A DNA stretch of 64,000 bases from an uncultured Acidobacteriota bacterium (GCA_963846375.1 CAWJVV010000025.1:94689-158688), one strand, 5' to 3'. Positions 11,894-23,791 are shown, counted from the stretch's first letter. Numbers and translations: made by a program. Notes: generated by a model from the letters alone, not told the origin.

Positions 11894-13324
11894 ATGAGAC
11901 TCGGTGATCTGCTGATCCGGGCCAACCGGGTCACGGAAGCAGACGTGGCCAGGGCGCTGGAGCGCAGCCGCGAGACGGGCGAGCGGCTTGGCGACAGCCT
12001 GGTGGCCCTCGGAGCGATCGACCAGAAGACGCTGACCAGCTTCATCCACCGCATTCCCGGCGGATCCGCGCGACATTGCGGCCACGGGAATCGACGAGAA
12101 CGAACTGCTGGCGCTGTTGATGAAGCTGATCTACGCCGAGCGGCTGGAGATCGGCGCGGCAGTTCATCGACAGCATCAAGCTGCCCTACCACGTGGTGGC
12201 GGAACTGGTGCGCATGGCGGTGGACCGCAGCTGCTGCAGACGCTGGGCACGCGGCAGTCAGACAACCTGCTCGACATGGCGTACTCCCTTACTGATGAGG
12301 GGCGGCGATGGACGATCGATGCGCTGGAGCGGCTGCGGTACGCGGGTCCTGCTCCGGTGACCATCGGGGATTTCTGCGAGCAGGTGAATCGGCAGAAGCT
12401 GACCAACGAAACCATCACCATGCAGCGCATCAGCCAGGCGATCGGCGACCTGGAGATGGATCAGAGCGTGCTGGAGCAGGCGGGGCCGGCGCTGAACTCG
12501 GGCCGCGCGCTGCTGCTGTATGGGCCGCCCGGGCAACGGCAAGACGACGGTGGCGCTGCGGTTCGCGTCGGTGTTTCAGGACGTGATCTACATTCCTTAC
12601 GCGATCGAGGTGGAAGGGCAGATCATCCGCATGTTCGATCGCCAGCGTGCACAAGCAGGTGGATCCGGCGGGCATTGAAGACGGCAGCGTGTCGTTTGTG
12701 CGGCAGGACGAGTTCGATCAGCGCTGGGTTCCGTGCCGTCGTCCGTTCGTGATTGCGGGCGGCGAGTTGACGCTGGAGATGCTCGATCTGCGCTACGACG
12801 AGGGAGGGCCACTACTATGAGGCGCCGATGCACATGAAGGCGCTGGACGGGTGTTTCCTGATCGACGACTTTGGACGGCAGCTGGTGGCCCGGCCAACCT
12901 TGCTGAATCGGTGGATTGTGCCGCTGGAGAGCCGGGTTGACTTCATGAAGCTCCACACCGGCAAAAGCTTCTTTATTCCTTTTGAGGAACTGGTGATCTT
13001 CTCCACCAACCTGGAGCCGGAAGACCTGATGGATCCGGCGTTCCTGCGCCGCTTGCCCTACAAGATCGAGGTGGCTGGGCCCGAGCGTGGGGCGCTACCG
13101 GCGCATCTTTCAGGCAGAGTGCGCGCGCCAGAGTTCGAGCTGACCGATGAGGTATTCGACTACATCGTCAGAGGATCAAGGTGGAAAAGGGCCTGGAATT
13201 GGCGGCCTATCAGCCGCGCTTTATCGTCGACCAGGTGGTGGCCACCTGCCGGTTCCTGGAACAGGCGCCGCACTTCGAGCCGCGGTTCATCGACTACGCC
13301 ATCGACAACCTGCGCGTCACGTGA
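11894..13324 (+). CDS. AAA+ ATPase with N-terminal MshEN-like repeats (several frameshifts)
   Basis: Two N-terminal RLGxxL motifs; YAGPAPV; Walker A GPPG(N)GKT across a frameshift; FLIDDFGRQ; FSTNL; DPAFLRRLPYKI. Confidence 0.8.
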
Positions 13325-13360
13325 CAGAAACATCCGCATAACGCGTCGGTGCCGGCAGCC

Positions 13361-13561
13361 TCAGATCTCGGGATAGAAGTCGAAGAAGGCGTCGAGGCTC
13401 TGCTTGAGCTGGCGCTCGATGTCTTCGCGCGAGCCCTCCAGCACATGCATGGTCACGTGAGCGTCGTGCCCATTTGCCAGCTTCAGGGTGGCGTCTTGAA
13501 TCTCCTTGACTTCGCCCTCGGGCAGCAGCCGCAGTCCGTATACCAGCGTTAGGTTCGCCAT
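13361..13561 (-). CDS. Small hypothetical protein (66 aa)
   Basis: Clean ORF with natural composition; TACCAT -10 box 6 nt upstream of the ATG. Confidence 0.7.
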   Translation of the reverse strand: MANLTLVYGLRLLPEGEVKEIQDATLKLANGHDAHVTMHVLEGSREDIERQLKQSLDAFFDFYPEI

Positions 13562-13719
13562 GGGAACATGGTATCTGACCAGGCCGGATGCCGTGCCCGG
13601 ATCAGGGGTTGGGCCGGCTAAGAATCTTCTAATGCTTAGAAGCCTCTAATCCGTCAGGGGGTCGGTTTGAGGGGCGGGGTTTCGGGTTTTGCCCGGCTAC
13701 AATCGATTCAGGAAACTTC

Positions 13720-14668
13720 ATGACAGAAACTCGCGATACCGTAATTCTGGGCTCGGGTTGTGCCGGACTGACCGCTGCCATCTACGCTGCGCGCGCCGAC
13801 CTGAAGCCACTGGTGCTGGAAGGGCACGAGCCCGGAGGCCAGCTCTCGATTACCACGTTGGTGGAGAACTTTCCCGGGCTGGCCGGAGGGAATTCAGGGC
13901 CCGGAACTGATCGACAACATGAAGAAGCAGGCCGCGCGTTTTGGCGCGGAGTTCCAGACTGGCGCACCTGGTTCGATCGATCTGCATACGCATCCGTTCA
14001 AGCTGAAGACCTCGGCGGGCGAGGTGCACACGCGGTCGCTGATTGTCGCCTCGGGCGCGAGCGCGCGCTGGCTGGGACTGCCGAGCGAGCAGGCGCTGAT
14101 CGGACACGGCGTTTCCAGTTGCGCCACGTGCGACGGCTTTTTCTTTCGCGGCATGGAGATTGCGGTGGTGGGCGGCGGCGACTCGGCCATGGAGGAGGCG
14201 CTGTTTCTGACGCGCTTTGCCACCAAGGTTACGGTGCTGCACCGGCGGGAGAGCTTCCGCGCCAGCAAGATCATGCTGGAGCGCGCGATGGCTCACCCCA
14301 ACATTGAACTGCGCACCAATGTGGTGGTCGAAGACGTGCTGGGCGTGGAAGAGAACGAAGTGAAGGGCGTGAGCCTGCGCGACGTGAAGACGGGCATGGA
14401 GAGCGTGCTGCCTGTGAGCGGGCTGTTTCTCGGGATCGGTCACGTGCCCAACGCCAGGATGTTTCACGGCCAGATCGACCTGGACAGCGAAGGGTACATG
14501 AAGACGCAGGAGAACGTGTTTACCACGCGCAGCGGAGTGATTGTTCCCGGCGTGTATGCATGCGGCGACGTGCAGGACCGGCGCTATCGCCAGGCCATTA
14601 CGGCGGCGGGGACGGGATGCATGGCGGCGCTCGAGGTGGAGAAGTACCTGGAGGAGCACGGGCGCTGA
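13720..14668 (+). CDS. trxB: Thioredoxin-disulfide reductase (frameshifts near 13870-13970)
   Basis: [26 protein letters not shown] (CxxC), [12 protein letters not shown] and RQAITAAG motifs. Confidence 0.95.
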
Positions 14669-14722
14669 GATGGGTTGAAAGCGGGTTAGCCGCGAAAGCG
14701 TTGATGGTGGCAGTGAGTTGGA

Positions 14723-15493
14723 GTGAGCATGGCGGCGGACGGACCAAGCGAAGTGAGTTCATCGGACGCCGGCTCCAGCCTGCAGGAGAATCTTGAAAAG
14801 TTGGAAGCGGCGATCGCGGAGGCTTGCCGCCGCGCCGGGCGCGTGCGCGCCGACGTGGAATTGATGGCGGTCTCGAAGACTTATCCCGCCGCCACGATCG
14901 CCGAGGCGGCGGCGCTGGGTCTGCGGCTCTTCGGCGAAAATCGCGTGCAGGAGTTCGCGGCCAAGGCATTGCATGCGCCGCGTTCGCGCGAGCTTTGTGG
15001 CAGCCAGAGCGTCCGCGTTCATCTCATCGGCCACCTGCAGTCGAACAAGGCGGCGCGTGCGGTGGAGTTGTTTGACGCAGTGGATTCGCTCGACTCGGTG
15101 CGGCTGGCCGAGCGGTTGAACGAAGCCGCGGCCAGGCTCGGCAAACGGCTGCCGGTGCTGATCGAGGTCAAGCTGAGTCCGGAGGAGACCAAGGACGGGC
15201 TCGATCCTGAGTCGGCCGAAGCGGCGCAGCTGCTGGAGCGTCTGCCCGATCTGGTGCATCTGCGAGGTGCGGGGCTGATGACGATTGCGCCCTGGGGCGT
15301 TGCCGGACGATGTGACGCGGGCGTGCTTTCGCGGCCTGCGGCAGTGGCGGGACCGCTGGGCGGCGGCGCTATCCGCGGCTGAAGCTTCGACGTGCTGTCG
15401 ATGGGCATGAGCGGCGATTTTCCGATCGCCATCGAAGAGGGCGCGACGCGGATCCGCATCGGGACGGCGCTGTTTGGCAAGCGCGAGCCGTAA
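14723..15493 (+). CDS. yggS: YggS family PLP homeostasis protein (frameshift near C-terminus)
   Basis: [25 protein letters not shown] and GLMT motifs; LSMGMSGDF...RIGTALFG lies in a shifted frame ending at TAA 15493. Confidence 0.92.
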
Positions 15494-15516
15494 CGGGTCC
15501 GCAATGCCGAGCCGGC

Positions 15517-15820
15517 ATGATGCTGCGCGAGACGCCGGACGGAGTCACGCTCGCCGTGCGCGCGCAGCCGGGCGCGAAGAAGACGGCCATCATCGGCGTT
15601 TACGGCGAAGGGGCGGACGGCGCAGTTGAAGATTGCAGTGCAGGCGCCGCCCGTGGAAGGCCGCGCGAATGAGGCGCTGATCGCATTCCTGGCGGATAGT
15701 TTTTCGATTGCCGCGGACCCGGATTGTGCTGATTTCCGGCGAGACGTCGCGCAGCAAGGTGTTTCTGCTGCGGGGAGTACAAGCCGCAGGTGCAGAGCAT
15801 CCTCAATCTGCAGCATCTGA
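15517..15820 (+). CDS. yggU: DUF167 (YggU) family protein, frameshifted
   Basis: LAVRAQPGAKKT, LKIAVQAPPVEGRANEAL and GETSRSK motifs; follows yggS. Confidence 0.85.
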
Positions 15821-15898
15821 GCGCAGGAACAAGCAGGCGCAGGCCGCCGCTGGATCCATCGACGCGGATCATCCGCCCACCGTTGGCCGTCAGCGCGG

Positions 15899-16546
15899 TT
15901 AAGTGCGGCAGCGCTTCTTCCGGCTCGGGACGCACGCGGAAATCGGCGTGGGCTTCGGCGAAAAGAACTGCGGCCATCTCGCGCGACCACGTAGGTGGCC
16001 GGCAGGGGAAGCCGCCAGGTGTCGTCGCCGTTGACAAACGGAATATTCACCAGGATCGAGCGGTAGTAGTCTGCGGTGATAATCGGGGAACGTTGTAGAC
16101 CAGCCCGAACTGCTCTGCCACCTTGTTGCCGGGATCGCATAGCACCGGGAAGGGAAGCCCGTGCTGGCCGGCCATGAAGTCGCTCTGGCGCTCGGTCTGC
16201 GGGCCGATCGGCGACCATCAGAGCGCCGCGCTCGCGAAGCCGTCCCGTAGAGGTCGCGCCAGGTCTCGAGCTCCGTGATGCAGTAAGGGCACCAGCGCCC
16301 GCGAAAGAACTTGATGACCAGCGGCCCGAGCGCGAGCAGATCGCGCTGACGCACCAGCTTGCCGTTCGCGTCTTTCAGCGCAAACTCGGGAGCCTGCGCG
16401 CCGACGGGCAGGATGCGGTCTTCGATGCCGGTGGCGAAAAACTCAGCGACCGCGCGCTCGCCGACGGCCAGCCGCTCCGGCTGCACCAGGTGCCGCGTGT
16501 TGGCAGTGATCTCGTCGAGTTGGTCCTGGAGGGTGGTGGTCATCAC
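15899..16546 (-). CDS. AhpC/TSA peroxiredoxin-like protein (frameshifted)
   Basis: APEFALKDANG and FFRGRWCPYC; LPLPATYVV and RPEPEE appear in shifted frames. Confidence 0.85.
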   Translation of the reverse strand: MMTTTLQDQLDEITANTRHLVQPERLAVGERAVAEFFATGIEDRILPVGAQAPEFALKDANGKLVRQRDLLALGPLVIKFFRGRWCPYCITELETWRDLYGTASRARRSDGRRSARRPSARATSWPASTGFPSRCYAIPATRWQSSSGWSTTFPDYHRRLLPLDPGEYSVCQRRRHLAASPAGHLRGRARWPQFFSPKPTPISACVPSRKKRCRT

Positions 16547-16548
16547 GC

Positions 16549-17943
<1,395 letters not shown>

Positions 17944-18054
17944 AGGTCAATTCAAGTGTATCGCGGGAGCGGACAGGCCATTCATCCGGTTATCTATGGA
18001 ACCCGACCGTATCGGCTGCCCTGAGCTGAATTGCCCAAACCGCTGATTTGCTGG

Positions 18055-19452
18055 CTAGTCCGCCGGACTCACCAAGAACTGCTCCAGCTTGCCATCTGGG
18101 TACGTGTAGGTGGTCAGCGACAGCCGCCGCGTCGGGTACTGGATGCGGAACGCTCGAAATGTCATGCCGCCGCGCAAGCTCTCGCCCACCATGCTGAAGG
18201 TCAGCGGTTCTCCCAGCGGGCTTAGGCTATCGCGGAAGTCGGCCACGGTCTGCGCATCGAAGTAGTCGTTGAGATTCGGCGCCAGCAGGCTTCGGTCGAT
18301 CTGTCCTTTCTGCAAGCCGCGGTAGATTGCCAGCGTCTGTTCTTCAATGGGATTCAGTTTCGTGCCTTCGACCGTCGACACCAACAGCCGCGCAATCTGC
18401 TCCGCTCCGCTCGCCATGTGATTGGTGAACACCGCCGCGGCCACGCCATCATCCACCAGAACCTCGTTGGAGCTCACGAATCCCGTAACCTCGCCATCGT
18501 GCGAGATGTCCCGATGCCCGTCCATGTCGCCGATAAACACGCCCAGCCCGTAATGTGTGCCGCTGCCGTCCTTCAGCTTCACTTCGGTGAACATCTCCTT
18601 ATAGCTCTCCGGCTTCAGCACCGACCGCTTCATCAGGCTGATATCCCAAAGCGCAAGGTCGTGCGGCGTCATGGCCAGTTCGCCCGCGGCAAACATCCAG
18701 CCGCGGCCCTCCTTGGGCGCCGGCCGCGGGGGCCCCAGAGCTGCGCGAATATACGACGTGGCGTCGGCATGCGTCAGCTTGGACTCATCCGAATCCCACA
18801 CACTCTTCATCCCCAGCGGATGAAAGACGTGCTCGCCCAGAAACTCGAACAGCTTTTGCCCGCTCACTTTCTCCACAATCAGCCCGGCAATCACGTAATT
18901 CGTATTCGAATACTGCCACTTGGTTCCAGGGTCAAAATCCAGCGGTTTCTTCGCCCACGTATCCAGGATCTGCTGCGCCGTTGCTGGCTTCATCATCGGC
19001 GTCATCAGGTAGTCCTCGGGCCAATAGTCCTGGTAACCGGAGGTGTGCGACAGGATCTGCCGGATCGTCACCTCGTTGCCGCGCGTCAGGGCGGGAACGT
19101 ACTTGCCCACAGCATCGTCCAGGTGCAACTTGCCCTGTTCCTGCAAAAGCAGAATCGCCGCCGCCGTGAACTGTTTCGAAATCGAGCCGATGGAGTAGCG
19201 CATCTCGGGCGTTGCTTCAACGTCCGGATCGATATGCGCTTTACCGTAGGCGTGGGTGTAGACGATTTTGCCGCCCTGTACCACGGCCACCGATGCCGAA
19301 GGTATTCCGTGCTGCTGCAGGACGCCATCGGCAATTGCATCCACGCGCGCTTTCAGCGCTGGATCGATCGTGTCCACTGCTTGCGCTGCGACACACATGG
19401 CCGCGCCGCAGATCCCCATCAGAACAAAAAGCCGAAGTACCCGATTGAACAT
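18055..19452 (-). CDS. Serine hydrolase, beta-lactamase/class C PBP family, secreted
   Basis: SxxK (GSISKQF), YSN and HDG motifs; signal peptide after MFNRVLRL. Confidence 0.88.
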   Translation of the reverse strand: MFNRVLRLFVLMGICGAAMCVAAQAVDTIDPALKARVDAIADGVLQQHGIPSASVAVVQGGKIVYTHAYGKAHIDPDVEATPEMRYSIGSISKQFTAAAILLLQEQGKLHLDDAVGKYVPALTRGNEVTIRQILSHTSGYQDYWPEDYLMTPMMKPATAQQILDTWAKKPLDFDPGTKWQYSNTNYVIAGLIVEKVSGQKLFEFLGEHVFHPLGMKSVWDSDESKLTHADATSYIRAALGPPRPAPKEGRGWMFAAGELAMTPHDLALWDISLMKRSVLKPESYKEMFTEVKLKDGSGTHYGLGVFIGDMDGHRDISHDGEVTGFVSSNEVLVDDGVAAAVFTNHMASGAEQIARLLVSTVEGTKLNPIEEQTLAIYRGLQKGQIDRSLLAPNLNDYFDAQTVADFRDSLSPLGEPLTFSMVGESLRGGMTFRAFRIQYPTRRLSLTTYTYPDGKLEQFLVSPAD

Positions 19453-19538
19453 GCCCCCCACTATATCCCAGCAACCGGCCGCTAACCGGCGTACGCTACG
19501 CTGGTTGCAGCAGTAAAACCTTACCGGGGGATACGCCG

Positions 19539-20156
19539 TTGCAGCGACTGATTGAAGGCCACAAGCGTTTCTTGCAGGATGTCTTTCCAACTCGGCGCAG
19601 CCAGTTTCGCCTGCTCGCGGAAAGCCAGTCGCCCGAGTATCTCTTCATCACCTGTTCCGACTCGCGGATTGTTCCCGACCTGATTCTCGGCACCGGTCCC
19701 GGAGATCTATTCATCTCCCGTAACGCCGGCAACGTCATCCCCGTCACCGCCAACGACATCGACGGCACCACCGCCACCATCGAATACGCCGTCGAGGTCC
19801 TCAAGGTAAAGTACGCCATCGTGTGTGGACACTCCGACTGCGGAGCGATGAAGGCCGCGCTCAACCGCCAGGGGCTGGAGAAGCTGCCCAAGGCCAGCCG
19901 ATGGCTCCGCCATGTGGAGGCGGCGTTCACGCATCGCCAGCCGCTCAACCCCGCCGATGGCGAACACGCCGAACTGGCAGCCCTCATTCGCGGCAATGTG
20001 GTGGCGCAGTTGATGAACCTGAAGGCGCAGCCGGCCGTCGCCAGGGCCGTTGCCCATGGAGACCTGGCGGTACGCGGCTGGTTTTACGACATTCTCACCG
20101 GCAGGATTGAAGAGTACGACGAGAATGCGCGCCGCTTTGTACCATTCGGCGAATAG
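19539..20156 (+). CDS. can: Beta-class carbonic anhydrase
   Basis: Zinc-ligand motifs CSDSR, RNAGN and GHSDCGAM. Confidence 0.93.
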   Translation: MQRLIEGHKRFLQDVFPTRRSQFRLLAESQSPEYLFITCSDSRIVPDLILGTGPGDLFISRNAGNVIPVTANDIDGTTATIEYAVEVLKVKYAIVCGHSDCGAMKAALNRQGLEKLPKASRWLRHVEAAFTHRQPLNPADGEHAELAALIRGNVVAQLMNLKAQPAVARAVAHGDLAVRGWFYDILTGRIEEYDENARRFVPFGE

Positions 20157-20266
20157 TTTTCTGTAGCGATGAACGGTTGCGCGTCCTGCCTTAAAGTCGC
20201 GACTGAAGTGTTGGTGCGGACACTATACTAACTCGGCATTCCAATTTTACTCAGGAGAGCGAGATC

Positions 20267-20713
20267 ATGGCATCCCCCGCCCGCATCGATCCCTTCACCA
20301 TCGGCCGCTTTCTCGTCAGCATCGACGGCATCACCGCCAGCGCGTTCAGCGAAGTGTCAGGCCTTGACGCATCGATTGATGTGGTGGACTATCGGCCCGG
20401 CAACAGCAATTTGTCCGCCGACCAAAAGTTACCCGGCCTCGCTCACTATTCCAACATCACCCTCAAGCGCGGTTTTACGGCCGATCTGTCGCTGTGGAAC
20501 TGGTTCAGCGGCGTAGTAAACGGCAACCTTGTTCGCAGAAATATCGGGGTCACTCTTCTCGATGCGACGGACAAGCCGGTGCTCACCTGGCGGATTCGCA
20601 ATGCATGGCCATCGCGATGGTCTGGACCTGTTCTCGACAGCACCTCCAGTGACGTCGCCATTGAGTCGCTGGAGATCGCGCATGAGGGAATCGATCTGGT
20701 CTCCGCTTCCTGA
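20267..20713 (+). CDS. Contractile phage-tail / injection-system tube protein (T4 gp19-like), orphan
   Basis: FSEVSGL, YRPG, KLPG, ITLKRG, LWNWF, AWPSRWSGP and VAIESLEIAHEG motifs; own TATACT (20224) and AGGAG RBS. Confidence 0.9.
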   Translation: MASPARIDPFTIGRFLVSIDGITASAFSEVSGLDASIDVVDYRPGNSNLSADQKLPGLAHYSNITLKRGFTADLSLWNWFSGVVNGNLVRRNIGVTLLDATDKPVLTWRIRNAWPSRWSGPVLDSTSSDVAIESLEIAHEGIDLVSAS

Positions 20714-20717
20714 GCGA

Positions 20718-21185
20718 TCACTTCGCTTCGAACGTCCCGTTCTCATGCGCGGTCCGGATAGCATCATGCGAGGCCACAATCCACAAGGCCTGTTCAGCCA
20801 GCGCTTCCTTGATGGGAGCCGGCAGGTCCTTGCTCAGCGCGTCATTGTAAATCTCGATTGTCTTGTGTTCTGCTTCTTCGGCGGCCTTCAGCATTCCGTC
20901 GTCCCCGATCAGCGGCGCCGTCAATCCAGTCCATGCGCGTATGAACGCTCCGGCCGCGGTGCCGGTCTCGTGAAGGTCTCCCACCCCTGCCTGCCGCAGA
21001 ATATTCTCGAGGTCGCCGCGGAACTGTGCGCGCTTCAGACTCTCAGCCGCGAAGAGCTGCTTCAGTGTCTCGCTCTTCACGTCTTCCCCAAGCTTCTGAA
21101 ATCCCTCCTGCGCGTCGATCAGGTTCTCGATCACAACGCGCAGCATGCCTTCCACTTCCAAAAAATCCTTCGATTGACCTGCCAT
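20718..21185 (-). CDS. PA2169/DUF2383 ferritin-like four-helix-bundle protein
   Basis: LIDAQEGF, RAQFRGDLE, GT..G...RAW and E.AE....Y..AL pattern. Confidence 0.8.
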   Translation of the reverse strand: MAGQSKDFLEVEGMLRVVIENLIDAQEGFQKLGEDVKSETLKQLFAAESLKRAQFRGDLENILRQAGVGDLHETGTAAGAFIRAWTGLTAPLIGDDGMLKAAEEAEHKTIEIYNDALSKDLPAPIKEALAEQALWIVASHDAIRTAHENGTFEAK

Positions 21186-21424
21186 GCTTTCCTCGGCCGT
21201 TCAAATAAGGTTGGACAAGTGTCCGGCGGCTGCCACTGCGATTCTCCTTCGCCGCCGGCCCACTGTCGGGCAAGGCGGGGAAGTCGCCCTAACCCTCCGC
21301 CACTCGCCCCGGGTGCTTCTCGTTCTGAACATCCAGCCGGCGAACTGGCCGGCTCGGCGTTCGGATCATGAGAGGCGCGCACCTTGCCACAAGTTGCTTC
21401 CGGATCTCGAACTTACCCAATGCT

Positions 21425-21889
21425 TCACGCCGCCCTCACGGTGTCCCGGGCTTTCACAATCGTTCGATGCGAGGCCGCAATCCGCTGGACCTGTGCCCCC
21501 AGAATGTCGAGGATGGGGCGGGGCAGCTTCCTGCTCAAGGCTTCGTGATACGCGTCGATCACGTTTTGCTCTTCTTTCGCTGCGATCTCCAGCAGGCTGT
21601 CTTCGCCGGCGCCCACCTTCAGCTTGATTCCGGACCACGCCTTGAACAGCTTGCCGGAAGGGGTGCCCGTCACGTGCACATCGCGCACTCCCTCCTGGTG
21701 CAGGATGTTCTCCAGCTGGCCGCGATAATCAGCACGGGCCAGGCTCTCCGCCAGCAGAAAGCGCTTCACATGCTCGTTCTTGACGGAGTCGCCAACGTGC
21801 TGCAATCCCTCCTGCGCGTCCACCAGGTTTTCGATCACCTGGCGCAGCGTGCCTTCCGCCTGCTCCAAAACCTTCTCCGGACCTGCCAT
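21425..21889 (-). CDS. PA2169/DUF2383 ferritin-like four-helix-bundle protein (tandem paralog)
   Basis: Starts MAGPEKVLEQ after a GGAGG RBS; clearly similar to 20718..21185. Confidence 0.8.
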   Translation of the reverse strand: MAGPEKVLEQAEGTLRQVIENLVDAQEGLQHVGDSVKNEHVKRFLLAESLARADYRGQLENILHQEGVRDVHVTGTPSGKLFKAWSGIKLKVGAGEDSLLEIAAKEEQNVIDAYHEALSRKLPRPILDILGAQVQRIAASHRTIVKARDTVRAA

Positions 21890-21960
21890 TCGTCCACCTC
21901 CGCCTGCCGGCTTATCCGCAGGCTTTGAGCACGGATCGGCTTCGCTGGTTGTATCGATAT

Positions 21961-23580
21961 CTAATGCGCCCCAGGCGGCGCCTCCATTTGCTCTGGCCTT
22001 TTGAACAGCCACACCGCCCCCGCGCAGAAAAACGCCAGCAGCGCGGTCCAGCGAAATACGTCCACGTACGAGCGCAGGGCCGCCTGGCGCAGCAGACTTC
22101 CATACAGCAATTCCATCGCGCCGCCGCGGCCGTTTGCCGGTCCAACCAGGTGCCCCACATACATCGTGATCGACCGCGACCTCTGCTGCCACATGGGATC
22201 GGAGGCGGTGACGTGCGCACCAATCTCGGTCTGGTAAAACGCCGCGCGCCGGATCAGCGCTGTCGACGCCATGGCAATACCGATGGAACCGCCAATGTTG
22301 CGTAGCATGTTGAACAGGCCGGTCGCGTTGCCCATCTCCTCGCGCGGCAGCGTCGAGGTTGACAGCGTCGCCAGCGGAACAAACACGAAACTCAGGGCAA
22401 ACCCGGTCAGCAGAATCGGCACCAGCAGCGTGGTCGGTCCAATCTCCAGGTTGACACTGCCAAAGACCAGCGAGCAAATGCCGAATCCAATGAATCCTGC
22501 GGTCAGCAGCTTGCGCGGGTCAATGCGCGAACCCAGATATCCAATCAGAGGCGAACCGACAAACGATCCGATGCCCCGCGGCCCCACCACCAGCCCCGCC
22601 GCAAATGCCGTGTACCCAAGGATCTCCTGGAAGTACAGCGGCAGAATCGCAATGGTGATATAGATACACATCCCGAGCAGCGCGATCAGGAAGCATCCCG
22701 TCCTGAAGTTGCGGTCCTTCAGAACGTGCAGGTCCACCAACCCTCGTGGATTACTCCACGAGCGCCAAATCCAACCCACGAAACCGACAATCAGCGCGGC
22801 CACGGCCCACCGTACCCAGACCGCGCCGAACCAGTCATCTTCCTGGCCCTTGTCGAGCACGATCTGCAGGCAGCCCGACCAGATGATCAACAGCCCAAAG
22901 CCGATATTGTCGAACGGCCCCACCTTGGCATTGCGAATGTGCGGAGGATCGTGCACAAAGCGGGTGATCATGAATGCGGCGAGGATTCCCACCGGAATGT
23001 TGATGTAAAAGGCATACCGCCAGCTAAACGTGTCGGTCAGCCACCCGCCCAGCGTAGGCCCCAGCACGGGAGCCACAACGATCCCGAGCCCATAGGCCGC
23101 CATGGCCTGCGAGCGTTTCTTTACAGGAAAACTCTCCAGCAGAATCGACTGCGACAACGGCTGAAGCGCTCCACCTCCCGCCCCCTGCAACACCCGCGCC
23201 AGCAGGATCACCGCCAGCGATGGCGCAGCCCCGCAGAAAAAGCTCGCCACGGTGAAGACCACCACGCAAAACAGGAGAAAGTTCTTCCGCCCGAACCGCC
23301 GCGCAAACCAGTTCGAAGCAGGCAGGATCACCGCGTTGGCCACCAGGTAGCTGGTCAGCACCCAGGTCGCCTCGGAGTTCGAAGCCGACAGACTCCCGGC
23401 GATATAGGGCAGGGCCACCGACGCAATGGCCGTGTCCAGCACCTCCATGAAGGTGGGCAGCATTACGCTGACAGTCACCAGCCACGGATTCACGCCCTGC
23501 GTCAGTGGATAGCGCTGCAGGGCGGGTGAAATCACCGTTCGGGCGGCCGTCGCTTCGGATTCAAGAACAGCGGTTGTCAT
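21961..23580 (-). CDS. DHA2 (EmrB/QacA) MFS efflux permease
   Basis: FMEVLDTAIASVALP, WVLTSYL, GPTLGGW and FYINIPVG motifs; multi-TM. Confidence 0.92.
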   Translation of the reverse strand: MTTAVLESEATAARTVISPALQRYPLTQGVNPWLVTVSVMLPTFMEVLDTAIASVALPYIAGSLSASNSEATWVLTSYLVANAVILPASNWFARRFGRKNFLLFCVVVFTVASFFCGAAPSLAVILLARVLQGAGGGALQPLSQSILLESFPVKKRSQAMAAYGLGIVVAPVLGPTLGGWLTDTFSWRYAFYINIPVGILAAFMITRFVHDPPHIRNAKVGPFDNIGFGLLIIWSGCLQIVLDKGQEDDWFGAVWVRWAVAALIVGFVGWIWRSWSNPRGLVDLHVLKDRNFRTGCFLIALLGMCIYITIAILPLYFQEILGYTAFAAGLVVGPRGIGSFVGSPLIGYLGSRIDPRKLLTAGFIGFGICSLVFGSVNLEIGPTTLLVPILLTGFALSFVFVPLATLSTSTLPREEMGNATGLFNMLRNIGGSIGIAMASTALIRRAAFYQTEIGAHVTASDPMWQQRSRSITMYVGHLVGPANGRGGAMELLYGSLLRQAALRSYVDVFRWTALLAFFCAGAVWLFKRPEQMEAPPGAH

Positions 23581-23714
23581 CACAGCGCAACAAAACAATC
23601 TAACTGCGCAGGATTGTGTGCGGATGTGACGCGCGCCGCTGTCCTAACGCGATTTAGTTGTTGAACTTTGCAAAAATCTGCACCACAATACGGACCTACA
23701 TGACGATTTCGTCA

Positions 23715-23774
23715 TTGACGGCGAAATCGGACTCTTTTAGTCTGATTTAAATACGGACCAAACAAGTCGTATTT
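23715..23774 (+). promoter_or_regulatory. Sigma70-type promoter overlapped by two GAC-N7-GTC palindromes (Rrf2/IscR-type operators)
   Basis: TTGACG(23715)-N17-TAGTCT(23738); AAATCGGACT-CTTTT-AGTCTGATTT (23724-23748); AAATACGGAC-CAAACAA-GTCGTATTT (23749-23774). Confidence 0.65.
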
Positions 23775-23791
23775 GGGATCGGAGATCGAAC

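Noticed and set aside
20267-20713. Prophage or complete eCIS
   Set aside because: No other phage, sheath or baseplate genes and no att/integrase in the window.
21890-22477. 350-aa extended version of the second PA2169 gene
   Set aside because: The extension overlaps the MFS gene out of frame; the paralog alignment and RBS support a start at 21889.
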